A DNA stretch of 50,226 bases, counting the filler, from Catajapyx aquilonaris (Eukaryota): assembly GCA_000934665.2 (NCBI GenBank). It is 3 parts of 3 records of this genome, joined end to end, with 100 filler letters (N's around TTAATTAATTAA, not from the genome) between each part and the next. Parts side by side here need not be neighbours in the genome. Positions count along the whole stretch, not along the records: positions 33,580 to 50,226 come from KZ539648.1; 2 more parts are not named here. One strand, written 5' to 3'. Position 1 is the first letter of the stretch, and every line of letters begins with the position of its first letter. Both the position numbers and the translations under genes were made by a program. The notes under the pieces were generated by a model, which did no database searches, had not been told where the DNA came from, and worked only from the letters and a program-made list of their open reading frames with translations. This document shows, in pieces, positions 36,501-50,226 of the stretch.

Positions 36501-39500
36501 CGGTGGCAGAATTCTAATCTCAAACATTAACGCACATACCACCCCCACCCCCTTGGCACTCGTGGAAAATATACTTCCACACGGACTAGCCGGTTCCACC
36601 AAGGATGCTTCAACCCAAAATTGACTCGACCGAAACCTAATTTTCGGAAAAGGTGTCGACGGACAGGTCTCATCAGCCGACAGGTTGTACCTCATTTCAG
36701 TCCAGTACTCTGGGTTACACGACTTACACCTTTGCTTACATTTCTCCGCATAATTTTTGGGTAAGTTTTGATGTTATCATTGGATATCCTGCAGGTCATA
36801 GAACAACACCCGTCAAGCAGGGACGCCAGACGTGCAGTGTGCTGTACAGGATATTCTCTACATTCTACTGTACCCTACTTCAAGGTATCAATCAAACCTT
36901 AATTTCTGTTTTAATTTAGCCTAAATTTAAATTGTGTAATTTATATTAAATCCGTGTCACTTCCAGCAAAATAGTGGGCGTATTTTGGTCTTCACAAGTT
37001 AGAGTCATCCTACCTGAATCAAACCCGGGAGTTATTGTCCGTCCTTTATATACGACAAAACCACTTGGTCCCACCTCTCGAGAGCCCATCATGTCTTTTC
37101 CTTTCCCACCTCCCCAGCCTTATCCTCCACGCCTCCCAACCGGGCCTGGTCTAGTCCCCCATCGTGTGATGTATGCCCCGAGCTCTTCACCAAAAACCTG
37201 CCCACAGTCATTCATCTCATCCCCGGCCAATTACTGCACTCGCCTGCACATCTATTACACTTGAAGCTTCTCGCCGACAACGCTATATTATTACGCGGCC
37301 TGGCTGCTCAATGACACGTTCACGTGCCCTGTCATGAAAGGATGGCTCCCCCTCGATTATGGCGCTTGTAATTCAACTTGTAATTATCGGGAATTTAAAG
37401 CAGGTGTTAAAAAGTTCGCTTTTATCCTCCAGATACAATCAGGATGCTGTTACGTTTTCTTAACAGTGGTTTTCAATGCATGAAAAAAGATTTCACTTGT
37501 GAATGATAATTGCAGATATTTTCGGTACAAACCATAGTAAGAATTCATAAGTATACTCCCAGCTGCATATACAACCCGGAGTAATCAGGATTTTTTTTTT
37601 TCATCTACCTCGCTCCCCATGCCACCCATAATTCCCAATAAGCCAATCAAGAGCCTGTGAAATCAGCTGTAAGTAGAACAGTTGATAAATACGCTGCGTC
37701 GGGCCGGAACGACCGGCATTTACTTCGGTAATCCCGGCAACCCCTATTTGGACCGTAAAAACTGCAAGTAGAAAATCCGAATAACGGTCCCAGCCCATTT
37801 TTCAGCCGAAATACAACGCAAAATAGTGCTGCGGGATCGCGAAAGTAAATACAACCCCACGTCACTGGTGCTCATTCGATTTCACATGGGGAAGCCCACA
37901 TTCCATAATCACTTGCTTGTCGCTACACAAAAATAACCGCTGTAATTGGTCCGTTGTCAGTAATCGCAGCTACACACCCCACCTGGAAAAAAAAACCATC
38001 GGCCGCCTTGCACTGCCCATATTGTTAATTAAAACTGCAGCTCCCGAAAAATCCGAAATCGATGCTTGGAATCAGGACTGTTTCTCCGAATGCCAGTTCG
38101 CCGACAGTGAGTAAGTTTAGACCCCCGCATTGACTCATAACACCATCAAATATGTGCACCATATATTTTTTTAAATACTTAAAAAAAAATGCAATTGGTG
38201 AACTATCCCCATAATCCGATGATACCCTACGACTCCACAACACAATTTGGGTCGCGCGAATTGTCCTGGCCAGCAACCCCCATCAAGAGGGTGTGTGTGT
38301 TTACACCCTATCCATTCCGCCTGGCGAATTCACACTCTCTTCTCCCCAACTTGCTTTACGAGTCCCCGACTCCTGCAAATCCGGACCACTTAAATTCCGC
38401 ATCGGTCCCGGGGTGCACTTGTGATATATCCTCTTATTTGTCTCTCCCCCCCCCCCTCCCAACTCCAAACCCTACTGGCTCCCTGTTTATACAGATACGC
38501 ACTTCACGCAATGCAAAACAGGCACCGGAGCGTAACTTTTTGTTCCGTGCCCCGGAACATTTATTACTCGGCCCAATGACCCGCCCAAAATCACCGGAAG
38601 CTTATAGTGCCCGTGACAAAAACGAGTTGTTGGTGGAGCATAGCTGTGGTGGGCAGGGTGGTTGAAAAAAACTCGACATTTCCGAATTGTCCAGTTATTT
38701 TTTTGGAGCGCGATTCAGAACGATATCCCCAAAATCGTTACATGGTACAGTCCCTTATAACCTCAACTTTTTAAAGACATATATTACTCACTGAAACTTA
38801 CATTTAACTGAATTGATAAATTACACAATACCAATAATAAATACTGTAAGTTGCTTGCACTTTTCAATTGTAATTCCTATGCTATCATTCGCATCTATAA
38901 GTCTTCCTGCAATGTATCATTTGATACCATCTTTTATTAGCACAACCCTAAGTTACCAACGATTTATTCCCTGCTACTAGATATTTCCATAGTCAATGTA
39001 TCATTTATAATCTAACAACGAAATGAAAGTGCCATTCCGGTTTTTTCCCATTCACTAAAACACAGTAGTTAAGCCAGAATCAACGCTTACTCTGTCTCCC
39101 GAGTGACAAAACTGCCCATTTTTTCCATGGAATACCCCCATTACAGGCGGACAGAAAAGAAAACGGCACGTCAGCCTGCATAAATAGAATGTTTCGGTAA
39201 TTACTGACACCCAATTTGAGCAGCAAAAAAAACTGTAATCCACCCCCCTAAACCAACCGGTTTCCATAGCAGATACAAAAACACCCCACAAATCGTGTGG
39301 CAATCACACGTCACATTTAGTCACCTAATACGAAGAAAAGTCAGCTTTAACCCCACTATGATCCGACTGATAGTCACTAAATATCCCCACCCCCTTTTCC
39401 AACAAACAACAACAAAAAACTGACTCGTTAGCCCTTTGTTTCCTCCCTGGCAGGTAGACAGTCCTGAATAAATTTCCAGTAATTCACGACCGGGGTAACT

Positions 39501-41278
39501 TGAAAACTTCCCTCCAGTCGCGAACAAAAGCACCTGTTAACGATTAATTACGCGCGTAAAATAAGTAGGGTGCGCATATTTTACGCTGCATTGCCGGATG
39601 CCGCGCTTGTCATGTCCCCCAAACGGAAAGGCTGATACAGTTTCATGTTAAGTAGGAGGGACGGGTACACTTGGTGCTCGTCCACTAACTGGAGTTATTG
39701 TTCCTGCCTCCGTACTAATTGTGACGCCACCGTGTGTTGAAGCCAGATGATTCTATTATACCCATCCGGTTCAGTTTTTGATCCGGAATTGGTGATATAC
39801 CGCTCAGCAAATCACGTCCCCGGGTTGGAAACTGGCCGCATAAAAAAACGCACGTCCCCGTCAAGAAGTATAATTTCCCGCACGAAGTCCATCGTCCCCC
39901 ATAAACTCGTCAATATCACGACAATTTGGCCGCAACTACATGTGTAACTCCCCAGTCAGGCGACGTCTGCGTAACGGCTCAATTTAGACAGCCGTAAAAC
40001 AATACTGCAAAATGGGTCATAAGAGAGGCCAGGAAACGCGACGCGACAACCGGTCGCGGGACCATCCGTCGATACCATATGCTATACGGATCACGGAGCC
40101 AGCAGCCGCAGGGGTTTTTGCCCCGGGGCCAACATGCGTGCTGAATGCAAGGGCGAAACTCCCCTTCCGGGTCTGTCGTCCGCATGATTCGAAGGGGTCT
40201 TTGTCCAGGTCTGGACTGCGGTTTCAATGCCGTTTGCTGGAAAGATCATGGCTCAGTGGCCGCTCACACTTCAAAGTGTGGCCTTTACCTTTTCGACATG
40301 ACCCCGTCGTCACTCGAAAGGCCCATATAACCTGGGGGAGTTATGTGTCGTGACTCTCCTCATCCTGTCTGTGTACAGAGGGTGTCAACAATGTCAACAG
40401 TCAAGTGCGAATGGGATGCCGACAGAGGTAAAGTGGTTAATTCCCATGTGTCAAGAAGTGTCTCAACACACATTGCAAAATCAGACGCATGCCTCGTACA
40501 ACCGGAGCGTGTTTTGATTAATGTTTAAATCCTTTCCAGTCTTGTGACAGGACAGGACGGTGTGAGACTGTGCTGTACCAGCCATCACGCGTGTTGGAGT
40601 ACCGTACACAGTAGGCGCGTGACGTTCAGGACAATGGTTGGCACCTGACTTGCAGAGCGTTTGTGTTGACAAAATCATAAACTGGTTCTCTTTATACAAA
40701 TCATTCGGAATACAATGTAACTGACAAGCGTAAAGTTACAGTCACGAATGAATGATGCAGCGCTTCACGCTGTGTGGCTGTATTACATCATATTTTATAT
40801 TCAATAAACAATATTTTTATCGCGACCTCCCCTTCATTCATCAATTTTGGTCTACTGCACGTTTCAAGAATCTGGAAAATGAAAGCTTCCCTCCAGGTCT
40901 ACTCCAACTTCCTCCACCAGCACAGTCCAAAACAGACATCGCCCAGAGAGGAAACCTGGCAATTTCCAGATCCATGCAACGTGCAGCACACACTGCTTGC
41001 GGTGGGCAACATGCATTATCAAGAACATCTTCCGACTAGCCACTTTCAATCAGATCGAATCTCATTATCGTAATGTTATTCCTATCACGTCCATCGTTAA
41101 TTATGAACATATTTTGCGGCACTCTTGCCATAAATAATCCCGATGCTTATCACCGTCAAATAAGCAATAATTACGATGAAGTTATGTAAGCAAATGATCA
41201 AACCCACCCCGGTTGCGAGGCAATATATCAACGTCGTTCTATATAAGCGCTACAAAAACGGGGTCTTTCTGTACTCAC

Positions 41279-42593
41279 CACCTATCCCGGCATTGGTGAT
41301 GGTGACCCAGAAGTCGATGGTCTTCTCCGGTCCCAGCTCTTCGTAGTCCCACTTCTTCTTGACGCGCACAGCCCCATTGGGCTCCACCGTCACCCAGGGG
41401 TTCTCGTCCCTGATCTTGAACGTCTCTCTCTCCGCCTCCTTCTCCAGCTGGAACACCACTTTGCCCTCCGGCTGGCCATCCGCCTCCGTGAACTCAATCC
41501 TCTTGGTCGGTCGTACCGCGCGCGTCACCCTCCTCTTCTGGATCCTGTGCGGCTTCAGAGTCACCGAATCCGCATCGGGCGATTCCTCCACCTGGGACAG
41601 GTACTCCGGGTCCCCGCACTCCACCCTGACGGTCGCAAGACGCTCCGAGAACCGCGTTGGGGTACGCACGTCATGAGCCTCGACTTCCAGCAGGTACGCC
41701 TTCTCTTGTGGTTCGCCGGCCAGTAACAGGTCACCGGTTTGGGGTACGAGTACGAACACCCCGCTGGGGGCAGCCAATCGGTACGCAACTCGGTCTCCGT
41801 CGGCGTCAAGCGCGTGGACGCTGCCAATGCGGCTGAATCTGGTGGCGTTCAGAGGCACCAGAAATCGGTACACGCTGCGTTCAAACGCGGGGCTGTTGTC
41901 GTTCTCGTCAGCGACCGTGACTTTAACTTTGGTGCGGGCCGAGTCGATACCTTGCAGGTCAGTCGCGCGTACCACCAGGACGTACTCAGCCTTGGTCTCG
42001 CGGTCCAGAGGTCTCGTGGTGATGAACGTGACGCCGCCTGGATGAGTGTCGTTCACTAGTCTGAACGGGCTGCTTCCTCCAGCATCCTCTCCGTCGATGA
42101 TCTCGTACCGTAACGGCTGCGACTCGTCCCTGCTCGCCACCAGCCCGTTGTCTCCCAAGCCTGTCACCAAGGTTCCTCTGGGCGCGTTCTCAACAATGGT
42201 CGCCTCGTACCCATCCCTCCCGAACTTGAGCATGGAGCGGCTGTCGAGTACGTACAGCTGTACAGTCTGGGTCGACCTCGTCAGAGAGTTGGTGTTGGTG
42301 GCCTCGTCCGACTCCTCCTCCTCTTCGACGACCACGAGAGTCACCGGCCGGTTGACTAGGTGCTTGATGTCGCTCGTAGTCATCAGGAGACCGTCGCTCA
42401 GGACGGTGAAGAACGGCGAGAACTCTCCATCCAGCAACCGGAACCGTCTTCCCGCGGCCGGTTCGAACTTCTTGATGCTGTACCCTGGGTGGATGTCGTG
42501 CGGGACCACGATGCTTCGGATGGCCAGCGACACTGCCTCGCAGGCCAGCAGTCCCAAAACAAGGGCCAAACACACTGCCCTCATCTTGGCCAT
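41279..42593 (-). CDS. CadN: Neural cadherin (DN-cadherin/type III classical cadherin), first coding exon
   Basis: Signal peptide MAKMRAVCLALVLGLLACEAVS and cadherin repeat motifs LDRE, DENDNSP and ALDAD. RVTRAVRPTKRIEFTEADG...KKKWDYEELGPEKTIDFWV closely matches Drosophila CadN as I recall it. The exon ends at a G|GTGAGT donor (41279/41278), so the ORF-track tail EYRKTPFL is intronic. Confidence 0.9.
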
Positions 42594-45500
42594 CTTGTCA
42601 CTCGTATGTGGTCAGGTTGGGTCTAGTTTGGACGGGGGGAAGGGGGGAGAGGGGGGGAAGGGGAAGGGAGGAGTCGCACACTATTCACTGGCACTCACTT
42701 TCCCACAGTCTTCCCGTCCTGTCCTCGGACTTCACCACCACCGAGCCATCTTAGGCTCTACTGTGCCTCCGCAACTGAAAACCACAGAGAAGAGGACATG
42801 ATTAATTCAAATGGCACACTTCCAGCCTGACATGTCGCTACCTCACAACCACCGCTGTTCTATAGAGTCTACCATTTTTCAAACGTTTTTGACTATAGCT
42901 ACGCACCTAACTAGAATTTATCATCTACCTTAACACGTAGGCTATAGTTTACAGTCTTTGAGATAGGTGTATTAACGCAATCGATATCATTTTGCGAATA
43001 ATAAACTGACTGGATCCAAATCAACTAATGGCACGCATACCTTTTTTTGATTCTTTAAAAAATTTGTTCGCATTAATTCAAGGTTAATGCAGCATTCCAG
43101 CCTGGAAAAAACTGCATAATCGTCAATAACTGGGCCAAAGTGGAGATAAAAACAAGGTGGTTCTTAGAGGTAGCCCATGTGTGGCCTCCTCTGAATCAAT
43201 ATTCTGGCCCAGAACTGGTCAACTTGGCGAAAACTTGAAAACTATGTAAGAGGGCAAAGTCAGAAGCAATAAATCTCCCTTCCTTTTTCCTTTTTTTTCC
43301 TTTTTTTTGTTTGCCTCCCTACACCTAACCCCTCTCTTCCGCTACCTCCATCCCACAGGCTGGGCAAAATCGTTAGTGTCAGGTTCAGGTGGCACAGTTG
43401 CCATGGGAATGGTCCACACCCCTCTCGCCCCCCACCTCCCCCGCTTCCCACCGGCTCCACAAAAAGCAGGCTCTCAAATAAAATTGGTGGCTCCCTTTTT
43501 TCCAAGGGAGGTCATCTGTCCCCTCCACAACTGCAGCCTCACCTCCCCCCTTACAAAAAAAAAAAAAGAATGGCCCCCAGACCCCATTTAAATTAAACTC
43601 TTGGCTCCCGAAAAACTAAAGTGCGACGGGCTTCATTCCAGCTGCCGCAGCTGCCACAGTTATTTCAGCGTATATCCGTCCCCATGCCCTACCCTACCCT
43701 CATTCAACTCTTCATAAAAACACATCCAAAAACTCTTTGGCGACTCCACCTCCATACATACTCGCAGCATGTGAGTAAAAGTCGGTTTCTCCAAACTTTT
43801 CAGGCTTTCATTACTAGACCCCGACGCATTCCACCTGTTTGTGTGTGTGTGTGATAATCCTGCACCCTACATTATGGGGTGTTTGGTATAACAGAGGGGG
43901 TCCACCCCGGCCTCATTTCGCTCCAAACTTTGTATTTATGCTTCGAAAAGCCCAAAATAGTATCCTGAACTGACCTATTTAACATCTCTGCTGCTTTGAT
44001 TCTTGCAATGATTTCTGGTAAAATTCAAATTGGCCATACTCCATGCTTACATCCCCTCAAGGCACCAATATGATGCGATGATGCAAAATTTTCCCATGAG
44101 TCAATAAAATGTGGCTCAAGTGCAGTATATTGGCTACATACTGGTTGCATGATGCGCGATGATGGGGCGTTTGGGCGTATCTTGACCTCCCAGTTACGTT
44201 TGGATTACACCTGTTGAAATTCAAGGTTGAAATCGAAAGCTGTCACGACAGGCCCTTCAAGATTTATTCACCTCGAGTTTTTTGACTAGTCAGGTCCGAA
44301 ATTCACAAAACTTGTGAACCATAACCACATTCTTAAAATAACTTGAAATGTTCCAAATTTACCTAAAAATGCCACGATAAAAAATAATATATTGTCTTAT
44401 ACTATTGAACTGTTTTCATAATATATGTTAATATATATTTATGTAGTAGTCGGTACTTTTCTTTGCTATACACAAAAATTATAATATCGTTCGGATACTA
44501 TTCCACCACCACGCTTCAGTATTGCAATCCAGATCCACTTCACACTAAAGACTAAACTATTGCTATATTTGTTGTGAATATGAAAGCCATTGTGGTAGTT
44601 ATTAAACAACTGAAGCAATACCCCTGAAAAACGCCATTTTCCGGCACGGCGCCATTTGGACACTGACGATAAACATAATTGGATAGTAACATTGCACATT
44701 TAATTAGGGTTCACTGGTCTGAATAACGGCCGGACTGTTCATTGATTGTTGTGCTCTGAGGGCAGCCGGCGCCATCTTGGTGTCACAAATGAAGTCAACA
44801 GATATACTATAATTTATATACTGAACACATTTTGATGCTAGTAACCTGATTTGTACAGGAGGTGCCATTTGATTCATATTATTTGCAAGATATAATCTAT
44901 ATAATATACCTAATCTGATCATCTCATGGCATATTTAGACACCCCCCCCCCTTTAAAAAAACCCCCCTTGGTCACATCCAATCATATACCAAAGTGGCGG
45001 CTGGTTCGTTCAATGACTTTTTCCACCAGTGTGGAAACTAAATTCAAGGGTGGGGTTTTCGTCCTTCTGCTATGTCTGCTGGCCAAATGTTTCTGAGCGT
45101 GAGGATTCTCCCATAAGCTCTCTCAAGTCAGTCTAGTGTTACCATATATGGGTCAGATATGGGTGCTATTATACTTGTCGACAGGTACTGCTAACTTTAC
45201 AGTTAGTAGAAGAACCCACTTCTGGAGGCTGTCAGACCCCAATCAGTAAGTCATTGGAAGTGTTTTAAGCTAAGGAGTATAACTAGACAAGTAATTACAA
45301 TGAACTCCCATTGTACTTTCATTACCCTGTTGAGTTACTTCTAAAGGGTAGACCATAAAGAACGTCACGCTGGCACAGGATGTAGGGGAGATGATATAGA
45401 GGCCAGCGTGACGGACCATAACGTGGGAGTAATTGGGAATTCGGCAGACTGTAACGTAACGCTTCAAAGTGTTACGAAAACAATGGTCTCGAACATTTAA

Positions 45501-46428
45501 GAGCGAGTTTAGCAAGGTTTCCCAATTTTATAAATAGTAATTTAAAAATAGCATTCATTATAAATAGCTGGTCCTGAATAGAACTACTTAGTTCTAGTTT
45601 AGCAAGGCCTACCTACAGTATGTAAATATTTTAAAAATCACTTGTTCCGGGGATAAATAAGGGGGCGTGGCAACATGACGTACTTCATGAGGGGGTTATG
45701 GCAACTTCTGGCATGGAAAAAGGGGGAGATGTGTTTGTAAAAAGCCAAGGAATTTAGTCTGCCACTTTAACGGACGACCACGAGGGAGGACGCATATCTT
45801 GATAAAACCAACAAAATGCACACATACACTGGCGAATCGCGCATTTCCCCCCAATGTTGATAGAGAAACACTGTAAATTCATCACAATGCAATGTTTGTA
45901 TATTCCGGCGCGGGTGGGTGGCGGAACGCTAAAACATCACAATATAGCCCAGCTCAATACACAAAATCAAATTTGCACAAACTCATACATTCACATATCA
46001 GTAAAAAAGGGCCCTCATTCCCTCACATTACATATTGGATTTAATTCCCCACATAATACCGGTTATGCTAACCCAAATCAATGGCCACCCAGTAACACTA
46101 GCATACAACCGAGTGTTGTAACCATTTATTGTGTTCCAGTTGCGATATTTTCCTTCCTCATCTCCAACCCTATACCCCCAAATCCAGCACACGGTCTATA
46201 ATCAGCCCCTTCATATGCAAATTATATGATCCGAATCCCAAAAGGCCGCATTTTCTCTAGAAACACTCCGTTTTTTTCTTCCAGAAGACACAGCCAATTA
46301 CTACGCGATCTTACTCCACTGTTTTCATAACATGTAGACACCGGCTATGGGGCAACGGACTCTTTGGCCCCCATCCAAAAACTGGAAAAATCGCCACCAT
46401 ACAGCATCTTCCTCCCCCCCCCCCCCTA

Positions 46429-46467
46429 NNNNNNNNNNNNNNNNNNNNNNNNNNNNNNNNNNNNNNN
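46429..46467. other. Assembly gap (39 N) inside a poly-C run
   Basis: N run with no linker. Confidence 0.95.
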
Positions 46468-48252
46468 CCCCCCCCCCCCCATGTATCCGTCCTAATCGAG
46501 TTAAATGCTTGTAACGATTGGGTCCCCGTCTCTTTCTAGATAAACCAAAATTAATGGACGTCCCGTCCTGGCGGGGGTGGAGGTTACAAAAATGGCGGCA
46601 TCTCAACCCATAAAGTAGATACGTATCTCACCTCCCCCCCTCTAAAAAAAACTGTACACTCACCCATAAACCATGTGATTAAAAGACGGAGGGGTTATTA
46701 GGCCGCTTATCTGCTTCTTACATGCATTCCACAGACCCTGACTTCTCCCTAGCACCCGATCAATACAAAGAGGTCCTAATCGATACTCGACCATAAATAA
46801 ATTATTCCCCCTCCATCCAGGTCCTACTTTTTTTTGGATAAGGGAGGGGGAGGTAAGAAAGCTATTTCCTTCTTCCGTTATTTTTTTCGCAGTTACTGCG
46901 TGGGATGACGCTATTTATAGCAAAAAAAAAAGCGGAAACTTTCAGATACTGACATTATTGCAAGGATGATGACCTTTGCATTCCAAGTTTGGAGCCAGGA
47001 GTTGTGGACGGAAATAGTAACGCATGTGGACCATTTCCGGCCATCGGTTGCCATATGCGCGAATTTGTTTCCGAAAAAAATAAGCCGCAAAATTATACGG
47101 ACAGTGCCAGTAGGAGGGGAGGGGGGTGAATAATATAGTATGAGAGAGAGAAAAAAGTTTTCCACCCCATTTTTCCCGACGCCCGAAGTGGAAACATTGA
47201 TGAGAGGAGTTGATGCGCGCCCACGTCTCCACACAAAACGTCCTCATAAATCCACNATATCTTTCGGTTTTTTGGGGGGAGAACGCTGCTTGGCTGATGC
47301 AGTCCAGCCTTTTTATAACGGTTTGAAATTCCCGTGTCGGTGAAGCACTGATAATGATCGCACAACTTGTTTGTAAGTGGCGCCATTATTAGGTGCAGCA
47401 TGCAGCCTTGGACACATTTTGAGAAGTGATCACACCGCATTTTTAAAAAAAAGGGAAGGGGTATGCCAAGTATACAAGGGGTGTATACGAAAGCAATAAT
47501 TATCCAACAACAGCACTTGTCACCTGGCTGTTATTAGGTACAACCTACGAGGTTATACCCACGAGCTAATGCACCTGTACACATTGATTGTTACAAAATT
47601 GCCTGAATGAGCCCCTCTTAATTTTTAAAATCTAATTCAATGAACTGAACTGGCAACGCCTGCAAGTATTGACCTGGAGTCAACTCACACCAGTGTAACG
47701 ACGTTCCTGCTCCAATCCCGCCCCACCCTATACACCAATATTTCACTCAACACACCCCAACACTGCAATTAGGCCATTTACTCCACTCCTCGATTCACAT
47801 TGGTCCATACCCCAAAAAAAGCCATATATCCCCACCCCTTAATATTGCAGCATCCCCCACCAACGCCATCTACATGACAGGGCCGTCATCCCCCGTCATC
47901 TCATCAAACTCTCTTAATAGTTTCCTCCTCAAAAAACATGCAATAGTCCACCTTTTTTTTTTTGGAGGTTACCAATCCCTCTCTCCCTCTTCCACCTCCT
48001 CTCTCTCTCTCTCTCTCTCTCTCTACTCCCCCGCCCTCTCTCCCTCCCTCTCAGCCGGCGCGTCCGTATTGATTTTTAGCCCGGAGCAGCAGCCAGAACT
48101 GGAGGAAGGGAGAAACACATCCAGAAAAGATGGGTGGAGGGCGGGGGTGGGGGTGTAATATATACACACACACACACACCCGAATAAACTGAACCCTTTT
48201 TGGGGTGGGAGGGAGCACTGAAACCGGTCACTTGACAGCCGGGCATCCTTAC

Positions 48253-48550
48253 CATGCCGGTCACACACTGTGTCCACCGCACACAGCACTGGGTCACACT
48301 CGGTGCAGAGACGCTGTGTCCCTCCCCCGACACACACGCAACGCAGGGTATGCACCACAGGGGCTAGGGTGCCAAGCAGGAGTACAGCAGTGTGCAGGAG
48401 CCCCCTCGTAAGCTGGTGGTATCAGCAGCGGGCCACCTGAAGTACTAAAACCGAACCGAAGCCCCAGCCCGCCGCCCGCAGTTAACGACCTCCCCCTTTT
48501 CACAGGAGGCTATTCTGGATAGTGGACGCACTCCCCACTGCGCGCGCAAC
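48253..48550 (-). promoter_or_regulatory. Candidate non-coding first exon/promoter region of the cadherin gene
   Basis: GC-rich block ending in ATG|GTAAGG donor at 48253/48252, with a nearby (CT)n tract at ~48000. A strong acceptor tcctcttctctgtggttttcag at 42797-42775 lies upstream of the cadherin ATG. Inference only. Confidence 0.35.
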
Positions 48551-50226
48551 GGTCGGGATATCCACCGAAAGGAGGGAGATCAGAGGGAGGAAGCGGCTCG
48601 TAGCGGATCGGATCGGAAGCTGCTGGGGTATAAAATATGTTACGAACTTGTAAACAAGTAGGCGCGTTTGACCCTCTTAAACCCATTGGTCAAGGGGTCC
48701 ATCCCTGAACCATCCTTGAAGAGTCCATTGTTGTCCTATACTATTTAACAATTAATAGTTTGCAGTCACTACCTAATTTAGAAGTACAGGCAACTCTTCT
48801 GGATTCAGCACAGGGCCAAAACTTCGTCGCCAATAATAATTAATTCGCACAGTTAGGCTGGAAAGCTCAGCATTAGCTTGATCCTGTTTATATCATGCGG
48901 AGGATGTGACTCAACTTCAGTTACGTAACAGAGAGGATATTATTTATGTTTATGCAGGTTGCAATCGCCACTCTTTACACGGAAATGAATGGGCACCGTG
49001 AGAGATGTGCCATAAGTGTAGCGCTTATACTGTACTGTATAATAATATCCGTGACTTACTCTTCAGTTCTTTAGAATATTGGATAAAGTAGCGACATTGG
49101 AGCAATTTCTCATGGAAACAAAAATATGTTGTCCAGTCACAAAACTATAGACTAGGCTACTAAAACCAAGCTCTTGCTAAAACACAATGTTAAAGGCACA
49201 GAGTGATGCACTGATCAAGTCCTCAGTTCAGTTCACCATAGGATCGAAAGAGAAGTTTTGAGCCTTGTACTTCAACAACCGGTTAAAGAATAATGACACG
49301 TTGGAAAAAACAATTAGGTTCACATTCACTTACAGGAGTGTTCACCTCCCTCCTCCCTGCAAACAGTTAAAACAAAAGTAACAATCCCACAAGTAACTGT
49401 GGCCCTGATTGTTGCTTGGTTTCTGCAGGTGAACAATCCATAACTTCTTTGTTTTCCTGCATCTTGAAATGAATACTTGGGTATTGCGTCACCTTGTATA
49501 ATAATTATAACCCTGGACAGTCGGCTACAAGAATCCGAATGTGTATACGGTATAATCTAAGATTCTCAGACTTCTTTCTTTTTCTCCTGGCACACGTTAT
49601 ATTTACACGTGTCACTGTGGCCTTGTTTTTGCGGAAAACAGGAAAAACATTCATCTGTAGGCTACTTCTTTATAATTAGTACAGGCGGATAGTGACTAAA
49701 ATACAGTACTTGCGTATGAAATAAGAGATGACTGGTGAGAGGATGCGCAACAAAGCAAATAAACACTTCAAGTTATGCAAACATGTCTTCATCCTGAGAA
49801 TTAAAAGCTGAGGCATTATTCTTATTCTGTTGCTAAAATGTATAACTTGTTTATGACAAAATATGCCAGTTACAGTGATGATGTGTTTGAAAAAAGGGAT
49901 CCCATAAATTAAGCGCAATATACACACCAGAATGTCACATTTCTAAATCAATCGCTTAACTGGTTGATCGTCCTACAATTCAGATCTTCATTTTACTACC
50001 CGAGAGCAATGTTCATGTTATTGTTGTTATGTCAAGGCTAATGCGATACGCAGGTTATATTACGTCTAAGGCATCCATGTGTTATACGCATCTAATGCCC
50101 AATTTCTCGAACAGAATAAAGAGTAGAATCTCTATATTTTAAACTCCGTTTAAAGTAATAATATTTAATTCAGCTATTTCAGTTTGTGATGTATGCCGTG
50201 TAGCGCGCTAAAATAATGCACGTGGC

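Noticed and set aside
33580..41200. Many 60-158 aa ORFs between the second gap and the cadherin exon
   Set aside because: No recognisable domains or consistent exon chain; treated as intronic.
42046..42801. 251-aa plus-strand ORF and other ORFs overlapping the cadherin exon
   Set aside because: Antisense or frame shadows of a GC-rich coding exon with no recognisable motif.

Overview
Eukaryotic, arthropod-like genomic DNA (introns, SINEs, MITEs, microsatellites). It appears to be three contigs joined by artificial 100-nt spacers (N44-TTAATTAATTAA-N44) at 16669-16768 and 33480-33579. Left part (1-16668): a head-to-tail array of three minus-strand GH18 chitinase genes. One shows only its 5' end, one is complete (9 coding exons, 497 aa, signal peptide + GH18 + Pro/Thr linker + CBM14), and one is cut by the gap at its 5' end and has two alternative-looking terminal CBM14 exons. 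Middle part (16769-33479): repeat-rich, with a near-identical direct duplication (about 20222-23652 vs 27199-32755), several tRNA-derived SINEs, nested foldback/MITE elements and a mariner-type relic. Between the two duplicate copies sits an intact-looking three-exon gene for a 213-aa HMG-box-like protein that the ORF track splits into fragments. Right part: the large first coding exon of an N-cadherin (CadN-type) gene on the minus strand, with no further cadherin exon seen in the window. All calls come from reading the sequence by eye; no searches were run.
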